From Bacillota bacterium (GTDB lineage: Bacteria > Bacillota > DTU025): 51,982 nucleotides of DNA. Every line of letters begins with the position of its first letter. Position 1 is the stretch's first letter. Both the position numbers and the translations under genes were made by a program. This document shows positions 7,313 to 16,248 of the stretch, in pieces. Under the pieces are notes generated by a model, which saw nothing but the letters and a program-made list of their open reading frames with translations, searched no databases and was not told the origin of the DNA. The stretch covers positions 1 through 51,982 of the forward strand of contig DAOPWT010000001.1 of NCBI GenBank assembly GCA_035351775.1. Direction: 5' to 3'.

Positions 7313-7376
7313 CCAGACTGCCCCAGACCGCCCCAGACTGCCTATGTACTGGAGAGTGCTGGCGAATGCTGGTGAA
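7311..7376. repeat. Two sets of tandem 10-bp direct repeats upstream of the ABC exporter operon
   Basis: ACCCAGACTG CCCCAGACCG CCCCAGACTG (7311-7340), then TGCTGGCGAA TGCTGGTGAA (7357-7376). A TATAAT lies about 30 nt downstream. Confidence 0.7.
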
Positions 7377-7455
7377 CGCGTCTTTCATCTGGATGCATTG
7401 TGGGCTATAATAATGTGGTGTCGCGTGCGATAGCCGCAGAATCGAGGAGTGGCCG

Positions 7456-9207
7456 TTGAAACGCTTCGAGCATATACGGGAATTTCTGTCCAGGCACAAG
7501 TGGGAGTACGTTGCAGGAATCGCCTGCCTTATCCTCGTCGACGCGCTGCAGCTGGTTATCCCGCGTCTACTCGGAAAGCTCACCGACAGTCTCCGCGCAG
7601 GCACCCTCACCAGCGATGGGCTGCGTAACTTCGTTATCGTAATCATGGGCATAGCCGGCGCCATAGCGGCAGGTCGGTTCCTATGGCGCATTTTCATCAA
7701 CGGCACGGCCCGGTTGCTGGATCTCTACCTGAGGAACAAGCTCTTTGCCCATCTGGAACGGCTTCCGGCTCGCTACTACAACGAGCACAAGACGGGGGAT
7801 TTGATGGCCCACGCCACCAACGATATCCCGGCAATCAGGCAGACGTTCGGGCAGGGATTCATCCTGTTGACTGACGCCATTTTCATGACAGGCGCCACAC
7901 TAATCATACTGTTCAGAACTACGCCACTGCAACTGGCTCTGCTGAGCTTGCTCCCCTTCCCCTTCCTAGCCCTGGGGACTACGCTTTTCAGCAAGTTGGT
8001 CGGCCCTCGTTTCCGAGCCGTGCACGAGGCATTCTCCAGTCTCACCGAACGAGCACAGGAGAGCATCGCGGGCATACGAGTAGTGAAGGCTTTCGTGCAG
8101 GAGAAGCCGGAAACGGGCAGATTCATGGATGTCGCCCAGCGAAACGTGGACGAGAACATGCGACTGATCCGCATATGGGGACTGATGTTCCCCATGAGCG
8201 GCCTTGCGTCGACTCTGGCCTTCGTATTCGTACTCAAGTACGGATCGGCCATGATAATCAGGCAGGAGATATCGCTGGGGGATTTTGTGGCCCTCACCAG
8301 CTACCTGGCAATGCTAGTGTGGCCGATGATCGCAGTCGGCTGGGTGATAAACGTGGTTCAGCGTGGCTACACCGCGCTAGACAGGATCAACAAGATCCTG
8401 AATGAGGCGCCCGAAGTCGCCGATGAACTGCAGGCAGTTGAGCTCCCCTCGGTTGCCGGCACAATCGAATTCCGAAATGTAACGTTCTCTTACTCCCCAG
8501 AACTGCCTCCCGCACTGAGCGATGTGTCATTCACGATTGAGGCAGGCAAGACGCTGGCCGTTGTGGGCAGGACCGGCAGCGGAAAGAGCACGATAGTCAG
8601 TCTTCTGACCCGTCTGTACAATCCCCCGCCAGGAAGCGTGTTCATCGACGGACACGACATAAGGCACGTCACCCTTGAATCCCTCCGCAGCCAGCTGGGA
8701 GTGGTTTTGCAGGAGTCATTCCTGTTCTCGACGACCATCGGCGAGAACATAGCGTTCGCCTCTGATGAGTACCCCCAGGAGAGAATCGAGCATTTCGCCG
8801 ACGTAGCGCAGGTGGGCAAGGACATTTCCGGATTCCCGGATGGATTCGACACAATGGTAGGAGAACGCGGCGTGACACTGTCGGGCGGTCAGAAGCAGCG
8901 AATATGCATCGCGCGTGCTCTGATCAAGGAGCCGAAAGTGCTCGTGCTCGATGACTGCCTGTCGGCTGTAGACACGCAGACGGAAGAGAGTATTCTTCAT
9001 GGATTGCGCGAGTACATGCGCGGTCGTACCAGCATCATAATCTCGCACCGCATTTCTACAGTGAAGGACGCAGACGAGATCATAGTCCTAGACGACGGCA
9101 TCGTTCGGGAACGAGGCACCCATGATTCGCTCGTGGCCGCTGGCGGGCTCTACCACGAGCTACACGAGAAACAGCTCCTCGAAGAGGAGTTGGCCAGCAA
9201 GAGCTAG
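7456..9207 (+). CDS. ABC exporter, fused permease/ATPase half-transporter (subunit 1 of a heterodimer pair)
   Basis: 583 aa with a 6-TM N-terminal domain. Walker A GRTGSGKST, signature LSGGQKQR, Walker B VLVLDD. TTG start. Confidence 0.9.
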   Translation: MKRFEHIREFLSRHKWEYVAGIACLILVDALQLVIPRLLGKLTDSLRAGTLTSDGLRNFVIVIMGIAGAIAAGRFLWRIFINGTARLLDLYLRNKLFAHLERLPARYYNEHKTGDLMAHATNDIPAIRQTFGQGFILLTDAIFMTGATLIILFRTTPLQLALLSLLPFPFLALGTTLFSKLVGPRFRAVHEAFSSLTERAQESIAGIRVVKAFVQEKPETGRFMDVAQRNVDENMRLIRIWGLMFPMSGLASTLAFVFVLKYGSAMIIRQEISLGDFVALTSYLAMLVWPMIAVGWVINVVQRGYTALDRINKILNEAPEVADELQAVELPSVAGTIEFRNVTFSYSPELPPALSDVSFTIEAGKTLAVVGRTGSGKSTIVSLLTRLYNPPPGSVFIDGHDIRHVTLESLRSQLGVVLQESFLFSTTIGENIAFASDEYPQERIEHFADVAQVGKDISGFPDGFDTMVGERGVTLSGGQKQRICIARALIKEPKVLVLDDCLSAVDTQTEESILHGLREYMRGRTSIIISHRISTVKDADEIIVLDDGIVRERGTHDSLVAAGGLYHELHEKQLLEEELASKS

Positions 9208-9246
9208 CTAGCTAGCTAGCTAGCTGGCTAGCCGGCAGGCTGGCTG
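9203..9246. repeat. Degenerate tetranucleotide microsatellite (GCTA)5-GCTG-GCTA-GCCG-GCAG-GCTG-GCTG
   Basis: AGCTAGCTAGCTAGCTAGCTAGCTGGCTAGCCGGCAGGCTGGCTG spans the stop codon of the first ABC gene (TAG 9205-9207) and the spacer up to the SD of the second gene. Confidence 0.9.
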
Positions 9247-9262
9247 AAGAGGTGGATCTACA

Positions 9263-11410
9263 GTGAACGGCTACGGTAAAGACGAAGACATACTCGGAAA
9301 GGCGTACGACTCCAGGCTCATGCGCCGCCTGCTCAAATACGCCAAGCCATACTGGGCCATCTTCGCCGCAGCGCTCGCGGTCCTGATGGTGATTGCTGCC
9401 GCAGACCTTGTGAGGCCGTATGTTATCAAGATCGCCATCGATGAACACGTGACCGGTTACGAGCACCCCATGGCCCGCTTTGAGCCGGGCCAGGCGCCTG
9501 CCGGCGTGCGTGAAGAGCACAAAATGCGCTACGCTGGGTCCGTGTTCGTAAGGTCCGAGCATCTCCCTGTTGAGACGCGCCATGAAGCTCACTACCAGAT
9601 GCTGGCCGTGTCGGGCAAGTATGTGATAATCGACACGGTCCTGCCTCGAGAGCACGGTCGCGCCGAGCTGCTTGCGACTGCAGATGGGGCAGTACTCCGC
9701 GTAGATTCGCTGGACTACGCTGCCGAGATAGTTGATAGTGCCGATGCCGTTCGCGTGTTCCGTGAGCGCGACATCGAGGCCATCGGAAGGCTTGCCCTAT
9801 TGCTGCTGGCTGTGGGAATGGGCGCCTTTGCGCTCAACTACGCTCAAACCGTTACGCTGCACTATGTTGGCCAGCGCATAGTCTACAACATAAGGCAAGA
9901 AGTGTTCACTCACATAACCCATATGGACCTGGCTTTCTTCGATCATAGCCCCGTAGGGCGTCTTGTAACGCGGGTTACCAATGACACTGAGACGCTCAGT
10001 GAGATGTACACCAGCGTCCTGGTGAATCTATTCAAAGATGTGTTCATGCTCATAGGCATCATCGTAGTCATGTTCCGCCTCAACACCCAGCTCGCTCTGA
10101 TATCCATGGCCACATTACCGCTGATCGCAGTGGTGACTGTCGTGTTCAGAGTCAAGGCGCGCGACGCCTACAGGCGACTCAGGGCAGCGCTTGCGAAGAT
10201 CAACGCATTCATGGCCGAGAGCATCTCGGGCATGCGCGTAGTGCAGATCTACAACCGCGAGAAGAAGAAGCTGGACGAGTTTGCCGAAGTCAACCGCGAT
10301 TACTACAGGGCGGGCATTGGGGAAATGATGGTATACGCCATATTCAGGCCAATAGTTGAGCTCATTGGCACTGTGGCTCTGTCGCTCCTCGTATGGTACG
10401 GCGGCAGACGCGTGATCACGGGACTAATGCCGTTCGGGCTGGTATATGCGTTCATCAACTACATCGGGATGTTCTTTGGCCCCATCAATGACCTGACTGA
10501 GAAGTACAATATCCTGCAGGCAGCCATGGCTTCATCCGAGCGAATGTTCCAGCTGCTTGACACGCCTATCACTGTTTGCGATCCTGCCGATCCGGTCGAG
10601 CTCAGTCAGGTACGGGGCGAGATCGAGTTCAGGAACGTATGGTTCGCCTACAACAGCGAGGACTGGGTGCTCCGCGATGTCAGTTTCACAATAAAGCCTG
10701 GCGAGATGGTTGCCTTCGTGGGGGCCACCGGGGCGGGCAAGACCTCAATCATCAGCCTCATGAATAGGTTCTACGACATTCAGAAGGGCGCGATACTGAT
10801 TGACGGGATCGACATCCGGCGGTACCGAGTGAGCGACCTCCGTAGGAACATCGCCACCGTACTGCAGGAGGTATTCCTCTTCACAGGCGACATAAAGGGC
10901 AACATCCGTCTGAACAACACCGACATATCGGATGAGAAGATCCGGGAGGTAGCTCACTATGTGAACGCCGACCATTTCATATCTCGACTGCCGCATGGTT
11001 ACGATGAAGCCGTAACTGAGCGCGGTTCCACGCTTTCGGCCGGCCAGCGCCAGTTGCTTGCGTTCGCGCGAGCCCTGGCTTTCGATCCGGCGATACTAGT
11101 GCTCGACGAAGCCACGGCCAATATCGATACTGAGACGGAACTGCTTATACAGGATGCGCTGCCGAAGCTGATCGAGGGGCGCACGACCATTGTAGTGGCT
11201 CACCGATTGTCCACAATCCAGCATGCCGACAAGATAATCGTGCTTCACAAAGGGCGTATCCGAGAGATGGGCACGCACCAGGAGCTATTGGCGCACAAAG
11301 GGATCTACTACGACCTATACAGGCTACAGTACAAAGACGATTCTGTGCTGCCCGCATCGTCAACCAGTGTGGACGCCTACTTCCCGGATGAGGCGGACCA
11401 GATGGCATAG
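9263..11410 (+). CDS. ABC exporter, fused permease/ATPase half-transporter (subunit 2) with an unusually large first extracytoplasmic loop
   Basis: 715 aa. Walker A GATGAGKTS, signature LSAGQRQL, Walker B ILVLDEAT. About 125 non-hydrophobic residues lie between TM1 (..IAAADLVRPYVIKIAI) and TM2 (..LALLLLAVGMGAF). GTG start after GAAGAGGTGG. Confidence 0.9.
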   Translation: MNGYGKDEDILGKAYDSRLMRRLLKYAKPYWAIFAAALAVLMVIAAADLVRPYVIKIAIDEHVTGYEHPMARFEPGQAPAGVREEHKMRYAGSVFVRSEHLPVETRHEAHYQMLAVSGKYVIIDTVLPREHGRAELLATADGAVLRVDSLDYAAEIVDSADAVRVFRERDIEAIGRLALLLLAVGMGAFALNYAQTVTLHYVGQRIVYNIRQEVFTHITHMDLAFFDHSPVGRLVTRVTNDTETLSEMYTSVLVNLFKDVFMLIGIIVVMFRLNTQLALISMATLPLIAVVTVVFRVKARDAYRRLRAALAKINAFMAESISGMRVVQIYNREKKKLDEFAEVNRDYYRAGIGEMMVYAIFRPIVELIGTVALSLLVWYGGRRVITGLMPFGLVYAFINYIGMFFGPINDLTEKYNILQAAMASSERMFQLLDTPITVCDPADPVELSQVRGEIEFRNVWFAYNSEDWVLRDVSFTIKPGEMVAFVGATGAGKTSIISLMNRFYDIQKGAILIDGIDIRRYRVSDLRRNIATVLQEVFLFTGDIKGNIRLNNTDISDEKIREVAHYVNADHFISRLPHGYDEAVTERGSTLSAGQRQLLAFARALAFDPAILVLDEATANIDTETELLIQDALPKLIEGRTTIVVAHRLSTIQHADKIIVLHKGRIREMGTHQELLAHKGIYYDLYRLQYKDDSVLPASSTSVDAYFPDEADQMA

Positions 11411-12049
11411 GTCCGGGATGCACTCTACATGCGGAGCAGCCTGCAAAGCTCGCGCCGCACACGCAGGCCTGGGAGCTACCAGGAAGGCATGGCCCGCTTC
11501 CTGCAGCATGTCTATGTCGCCCCAGTTATCACCGACAGCCCAGGTCTCGGCCAAGTCGGCTCCAAATACGCGCCTCAGTTGCCCAAGTATTGCGCCCTTG
11601 GTCCTGGCAGGATCGTCTATCGAGACGTTGATGACGACCTCTCCCGTCATTAGTTCGTCGCACATCGATAGCTCGTTGGCGAACACATGGCTAATACCCA
11701 GGTCACGTGCGACTCGAGAGGCCAGGAACGACAGCCCGGAGGAGATGAGCGCAACGGCAGCGCCTGCCTCGCGCGCCGCCGACACCGCCTCCCGCGCGCA
11801 GGGCGCATAGCCTATCTCGTCGAGCACAGCATCGAGCTGGCGCCGGGGTTTCCCCTTCCACTCCAGTGCGTCGAGCCTCGAGAACTCCGCATAGGTGATC
11901 TCGCCGGCCAGGAAACGCTTCATATAAGCATCGGCATGCGCGTCCCATAAGCCGAATCTTCGGTGAATGTGCTCCCACGAACTCGGGTTGTCGGTCAACG
12001 TACCATCCATATCAAAGGCTATCAGTCGCACCTGCAATCCGTCGTACAC
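11360..12049 (-). CDS. HAD-IB family hydrolase (phosphoserine-phosphatase-like)
   Basis: Motif I IAFDMDGTL, motif IV GDNWGDIDML, 229 aa. The 3' end overlaps the convergent ABC gene by 51 nt. Confidence 0.8.
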   Translation of the reverse strand: MYDGLQVRLIAFDMDGTLTDNPSSWEHIHRRFGLWDAHADAYMKRFLAGEITYAEFSRLDALEWKGKPRRQLDAVLDEIGYAPCAREAVSAAREAGAAVALISSGLSFLASRVARDLGISHVFANELSMCDELMTGEVVINVSIDDPARTKGAILGQLRRVFGADLAETWAVGDNWGDIDMLQEAGHAFLVAPRPACAARALQAAPHVECIPDLCHLVRLIREVGVHTG

Positions 12050-12133
12050 CCTCCCCTCAAGCCCTAAAGCGCCATGCCACTACCACACAAGTATTGTTTC
12101 TGCACAGAAGCGGCCTTCCCTTGCATAGAGTGA

Positions 12134-12156
12134 ACGGCCGGTGAAACTCCGGCCGT
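12134..12156 (-). terminator. Hairpin downstream of the spore-coat gene pair
   Basis: ACGGCCGG-N7-CCGGCCGT, about 20 nt past the CotF-like stop on the minus strand. The T-tract is weak. Confidence 0.4.
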
Positions 12157-12176
12157 GCTCGCAAGGTATGATCGCT

Positions 12177-12446
12177 CTACATTCTTCCCTGGGGTGAATG
12201 GTATCCCGGCTGCTGGCCCTGCGCCTGACCCATGATCTGATACCATCCCTTAGAGTACATGGTCTCCCACAGTTCGCGCTGTTCCTTCATGTAGTCGTCA
12301 TGGCTATTCATAAAGGTGTTTCGCACGTTGGGGCTCGCCGACTCGACCGTGGCCATGTGATAGCCAAGGAGCATCTCCTTGAGGTCACTCAGAAGGTCGG
12401 AAGCGATGTCCTTGTCAGTGAACTTGCCCTGAAGATCCACATGCAT
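12177..12446 (-). CDS. Spore coat protein, CotF-like (Coat_F domain)
   Basis: 89 aa. The pattern DKDIASDLLSDLKE..GYHMATVESASPNVRNTF matches the Coat F family. SD GAGGGGG lies upstream of the ATG. Confidence 0.7.
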   Translation of the reverse strand: MHVDLQGKFTDKDIASDLLSDLKEMLLGYHMATVESASPNVRNTFMNSHDDYMKEQRELWETMYSKGWYQIMGQAQGQQPGYHSPQGRM

Positions 12447-12472
12447 TCCCCCTCTCAGCCCATATCAGGCCG

Positions 12473-12679
12473 TCACATCTTGGTCTGCCCTGTCTGCCCC
12501 ACTATGCCTTGGAGGGCGTTGACATGCCGCTGGCATGAGTCCATAAGCCGCTGCACGCTCCCCTTAAGCTGCGGATCCTGGATCTGGTTTGAGTAGATGC
12601 CGCACTTTTTCAGGCATAGCTGCTCCTTGCTGAGCTGCTCGTGAGCGAACCAGCTCTCGGTCGGAGTGATTCCCTGCAT
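12473..12679 (-). CDS. Small spore-coat-associated protein (partner of the CotF-like gene)
   Basis: 68-aa ORF from ATG 12679, preceded by AGGGAGG. It is helical and Q-rich and sits 26 nt upstream of the CotF-like gene. The family assignment is tentative. Confidence 0.5.
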   Translation of the reverse strand: MQGITPTESWFAHEQLSKEQLCLKKCGIYSNQIQDPQLKGSVQRLMDSCQRHVNALQGIVGQTGQTKM

Positions 12680-12819
12680 CTGAACCAATCGCGAACCTCC
12701 CTTCGCATCGCGTCGTGATGCCCGCGCACACGCGCCAGCCATCAAGGGTAATATCTCTCGACACGTGCGCCGCTATTCGCGACGGGGGGACGCAGACGAC
12801 TCGGCCAGCACCACGCCGG

Positions 12820-13908
12820 CTACCGTGGAGGACTGAAGCGGAAATTCACAATGTCTCCGTCGACCATCGTATACTCTCGGCCCTCGAGTCGGAAAACCCC
12901 AGCCGCCCGGGCCGCCGCGTATGAGCCCAGCCTTATCAGATCGTCGTAAGCCACGATCTCTGCTCGGATGAAGCCATGCTCTATGTCGGAGTGTATTTTG
13001 CCCGCCGCGCGCTTTGCATTTGTGCCCGCGGCAATGGGCCATGCCCGCACCTCATCCTCGCCCACGGTGAAGAACGACACTAGTCCCAAGCGTTCATACA
13101 CGGCGCGCGATACGCGCTCTACGCCTGTAGACACGATGCCATAGGCGTCCATGAAAGCAGAACGCTCCTCTGCGGGAAGCTCCGCTATGTCGGCCTCGAT
13201 GCTCGCACACAGTCTGACGTAAGGGGTGTGGCGCTCATCGCAGCGGCCCTGCAGCTGTGCCTCTTCCTCGAAGCCGCCCGCCTGGAACTGCTCTTCCGAC
13301 ATGTTGGCCACTACTATCATGGGCTTCACAGAGAGGAGCCCATAACCGCGCAGGCTGTCCTGGTTGTATTTGTCAAGCTCAATTTCCCTTACTCCCTTGC
13401 CCTCGCCGAACTCGGCGGCGAGCAACTCCATGAGCTCTAGTTCTCGGTCTTCGTCGGCGGTTCGCCTGCGCGAGGATCGAAGGCGCTCGACCCTTGCCTC
13501 TGCTATCGCCATATCGGCCAGTATGAGCTCGTCATTGAGCGACATCGCATCGGAAACCGGGTTTGCAGGCTCGCCCTCGGCTGCCTGGAAAGTGCGCACT
13601 ACATGGATGAGAGCATCCACGGTGCGCATATGGTTGATGAGCAATGATATGCCGCGCTCCCTCGCCCGTCCGCTTTGGTCAGCCCCGCTTCGGGCCACCC
13701 CCCCGCTCCCCGTGAGGTCCACTACCTCGATCTGGGCGTACGTAGTCTTGCGCGGCCTGAACATCCCGCTCAGAACGTCAATGCGAGCATCGGGCACCTT
13801 CGCCATCCCGATGCTCGCATCTTGCCTGGCCGAGGGGTTGCCGCCTGTCAGGAGACGGAAGACCGCGGTCTTGCCCGCCCCTGGCATGCCTACTATTCCT
13901 ACTTTCAT
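12820..13908 (-). CDS. ychF: Ribosome-binding ATPase YchF (Obg-like, with a TGS-like C-terminal domain)
   Basis: MKVGIVGMPGAGKTAVF P-loop at the N-terminus. The C-terminus FIRAEIVAYDDL..EGREYTMVDGDIVNFRF is typical of YchF. 362 aa from ATG 13908. The longer ORF extension lacks an RBS. Confidence 0.9.
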   Translation of the reverse strand: MKVGIVGMPGAGKTAVFRLLTGGNPSARQDASIGMAKVPDARIDVLSGMFRPRKTTYAQIEVVDLTGSGGVARSGADQSGRARERGISLLINHMRTVDALIHVVRTFQAAEGEPANPVSDAMSLNDELILADMAIAEARVERLRSSRRRTADEDRELELMELLAAEFGEGKGVREIELDKYNQDSLRGYGLLSVKPMIVVANMSEEQFQAGGFEEEAQLQGRCDERHTPYVRLCASIEADIAELPAEERSAFMDAYGIVSTGVERVSRAVYERLGLVSFFTVGEDEVRAWPIAAGTNAKRAAGKIHSDIEHGFIRAEIVAYDDLIRLGSYAAARAAGVFRLEGREYTMVDGDIVNFRFSPPR

Positions 13909-13982
13909 ACCTGCACCTTCCATCGATCCGTGTACAGCTTCAAAGGCTGCCCCGTGTCCGGCGTGCGCTGCGCCTTCGCCGT

Positions 13983-14459
13983 CTATTGCATGGTGTTCGC
14001 AGCGAGACGAGACGGATCCCACGGATACACTATCCACCCGTCCACCTCGGCCGCATAGTAGTCGGGGCGCAAATCGGGAAAGGCAGAGTGTGTGGGCTTG
14101 TAGTGAAGCACAGCTGTGCGCGGTTCTCCGCCCACTCGCTCGATACGCTCCTTCACTGCGACAATCGTCCGCCCCGAGTCCCATACATCATCTACAACAA
14201 GTATGCGCTTGCCTGCAAGGTGCGGATCGCCCGGGAACTGCAGGAAGACCGGTTTGTCGAGCGTACGCCCTTCGCCCGTGTAGAACATGACTGCGGCTGC
14301 CAGTATGTTCCGGATCTCCATGCGCTCCGAAAGCAGGCAGGCCGGGACCATCCCTCCGCGCGTAATACAGAGCAGGGCGTCGAATTCCCCCTCCACATTG
14401 TGCATCAATACGTCTACTAGCTGCTCAATTTCCTGCCACGACAGATACGTCTTCTTCAA
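13983..14459 (-). CDS. Phosphoribosyltransferase (xanthine/guanine PRTase-like)
   Basis: PRPP-binding motif RILVVDDVWDSGRT. 158 aa. Confidence 0.8.
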   Translation of the reverse strand: MKKTYLSWQEIEQLVDVLMHNVEGEFDALLCITRGGMVPACLLSERMEIRNILAAAVMFYTGEGRTLDKPVFLQFPGDPHLAGKRILVVDDVWDSGRTIVAVKERIERVGGEPRTAVLHYKPTHSAFPDLRPDYYAAEVDGWIVYPWDPSRLAANTMQ

Positions 14460-14489
14460 CCCAATGCCCCCCCCATGTCCGCTGTATCT

Positions 14490-16154
14490 CTAGGAGTCCT
14501 CGTTTCGCCAGAAACATGAACCCCCGATGAACTCCCTCATGATTGAATTAGGAGGAATGCCCGCCGCCTTCACCGGCAGGATGTACTTCAGGAACTTCCT
14601 CAGGCGTTTGGCCTCGATAGACTCAGGCTCATCCGGACGTATCGCGTCCAGCAACTCCTCAGCGTACGGCTTCAGCACCGCCAGCTCATAGGCGAGCGCC
14701 GTATTGAACATCACGTCGGCCGTCTCCTGAAACAGGAAGATGTTCCGCTCCTCGCCCGCTCTCACCTTGGGCCACATCCTGATTGTCTGCTGTGCGCTGT
14801 GGCCACGGAATAACCTATCCCGCACCAGTCGCCTGAGGATCCGCACATCGGTAGTGGGAATCCTGTTGTGGTCATCGATGTTCAGGTGCGTCAAGGCTGA
14901 TGCATATATCTTGAACTTGCGCCCCATAGGTATGGAGCGAGTGAGCGCATCGTTCAGCCCGTGGATCCCTTCGATGATCAGCAGCTGGTCGCGTTCCAGC
15001 TTGATAGGACGGCTCTTGGCTGCCCGTCTGCCCGCGCGGAAGTCGAAAACAGGCGTCTCTACCTCTTCTCCCTGGATCATGCGGGTCATATGCTCGTTGA
15101 GCAGACGTATGTCGATGGCGTCAATGGACTCAAAATCGTGTTCTCCGTCTGCATCGCGCGGCGTGCTATCCCGGTCGACGAAGTAGTCATCCAGCGATAT
15201 GGGTACTGGATTGAGCCCGTTCACTCTGAGTTGCACCGACAGGCGTTGCGCAAACGTCGTCTTCCCTGAAGACGAAGGGCCGGCGATGAGCACAACTGCT
15301 ATTCTATCACGATTCGATGCGATGACGTCAGCGATCTGCGCGACCTTCTTCTCGTGAAGCGCTTCTACAGTCTGAATCAGTGCATTGACGTCGCCGGCTC
15401 GTATTACGTCGTTGAGCGACGCAACGTCGGTCACACCGATCACCTTGCCCCATTTCTCCGCTTCGAAGTACACGGTGGCAAGCTTGCCCTGCTCCACGTA
15501 GTCGGGCAGTTCCAAAGGGTTGGCCCGCCTGGGGAACTCCAAGATGAAGCCGGGCAGGTAGTGCCGAAGCCGGAAAGACTTCAGATAGCCGGTGCTCGGC
15601 GCCATGTACCCGTACAGGTAGTCGCTGAGCCACCCACACTGGTATATGTTCACAGTATCGGACGTACGGTACTTCAGCAGACGGACCTTGTCCATCTGGC
15701 CATCGCTCCGGAACAGCTCGATTGCGTCAGACACCGCGATGCGATTGCGCTCGATGGGCATATCGCTCGCGACTATCTCGTGCATCCGCGCCTCAATCGC
15801 GCCGACGTGCGCCTCTGTGAGCGGTCGCCTCCACCTTATCTCCCCATAGAGCCCGTTCGACAACGAATGCTGAATCATGACACGACAGCCCTGCAGAACC
15901 TCCCGGGCCGCCATCACCAAGGTGAGAATGCCTGTGCGCCTGTATATCCTCATGCCGTCCTCGGCGCCTATGTCTACGAAATCTACCCTGGCGTCACGAT
16001 TCGGCCTATAGGTCAACTCCCTCAGGTCGTGATCCACTCTGGCTGCTATCACAGGCCACCGGCGCCCGTGCGGCACTGCCCGAGCCAAGCATTCGAGAGT
16101 GATTCCCGGCTCCGCCTGGTGCTGTGAGCCGTCAGGAAGGGTAATCGTGATCAT
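14490..16154 (-). CDS. Uridine-kinase-family nucleoside kinase with an N-terminal TGS/ThrRS-like domain
   Basis: Starts MITITLPDGS (TGS-like). P-loop VVLIAGPSSSGKTTFAQRL lies in the C-terminal half. 554 aa from ATG 16154. Confidence 0.85.
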   Translation of the reverse strand: MITITLPDGSQHQAEPGITLECLARAVPHGRRWPVIAARVDHDLRELTYRPNRDARVDFVDIGAEDGMRIYRRTGILTLVMAAREVLQGCRVMIQHSLSNGLYGEIRWRRPLTEAHVGAIEARMHEIVASDMPIERNRIAVSDAIELFRSDGQMDKVRLLKYRTSDTVNIYQCGWLSDYLYGYMAPSTGYLKSFRLRHYLPGFILEFPRRANPLELPDYVEQGKLATVYFEAEKWGKVIGVTDVASLNDVIRAGDVNALIQTVEALHEKKVAQIADVIASNRDRIAVVLIAGPSSSGKTTFAQRLSVQLRVNGLNPVPISLDDYFVDRDSTPRDADGEHDFESIDAIDIRLLNEHMTRMIQGEEVETPVFDFRAGRRAAKSRPIKLERDQLLIIEGIHGLNDALTRSIPMGRKFKIYASALTHLNIDDHNRIPTTDVRILRRLVRDRLFRGHSAQQTIRMWPKVRAGEERNIFLFQETADVMFNTALAYELAVLKPYAEELLDAIRPDEPESIEAKRLRKFLKYILPVKAAGIPPNSIMREFIGGSCFWRNEDS

Positions 16155-16248
16155 GTCGTCCTCTCCCGAACCGTAGTAGCGCGAAGTGATGCTCAGAGAA
16201 CATGATACATCGGTACGCGCCGGGGGTAAAGCCGCGTCGATGGTGTGA

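Noticed and set aside
6669-7706. ORFs 6669-7238 (+, 189 aa) and 6852-7706 (-, 284 aa) as real genes.
   Set aside because: Both run across the non-coding repeat copy B and the frameshifted remnants. The minus ORF also overlaps the ABC gene start. Neither has a coherent domain or an SD.
9203-9246. The GCTA tract as a CRISPR-like array or an engineered all-frame stop cassette.
   Set aside because: The unit is only 4 nt with no spacers. It decays gradually into GCNN units, as a natural microsatellite does. There is no vector-like sequence around it.
12820-14184. Longer N-terminal versions of several ORFs from the track: ychF 454 aa, kinase 14490-16331, ABC ATPase 17054-18253, DUF255 from 4725, unknown protein from 31346, pullulanase from 24012.
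   Set aside because: The extensions lack homology-like sequence and overlap upstream genes or terminators. Internal starts with good SD spacing coincide with the canonical family N-termini.
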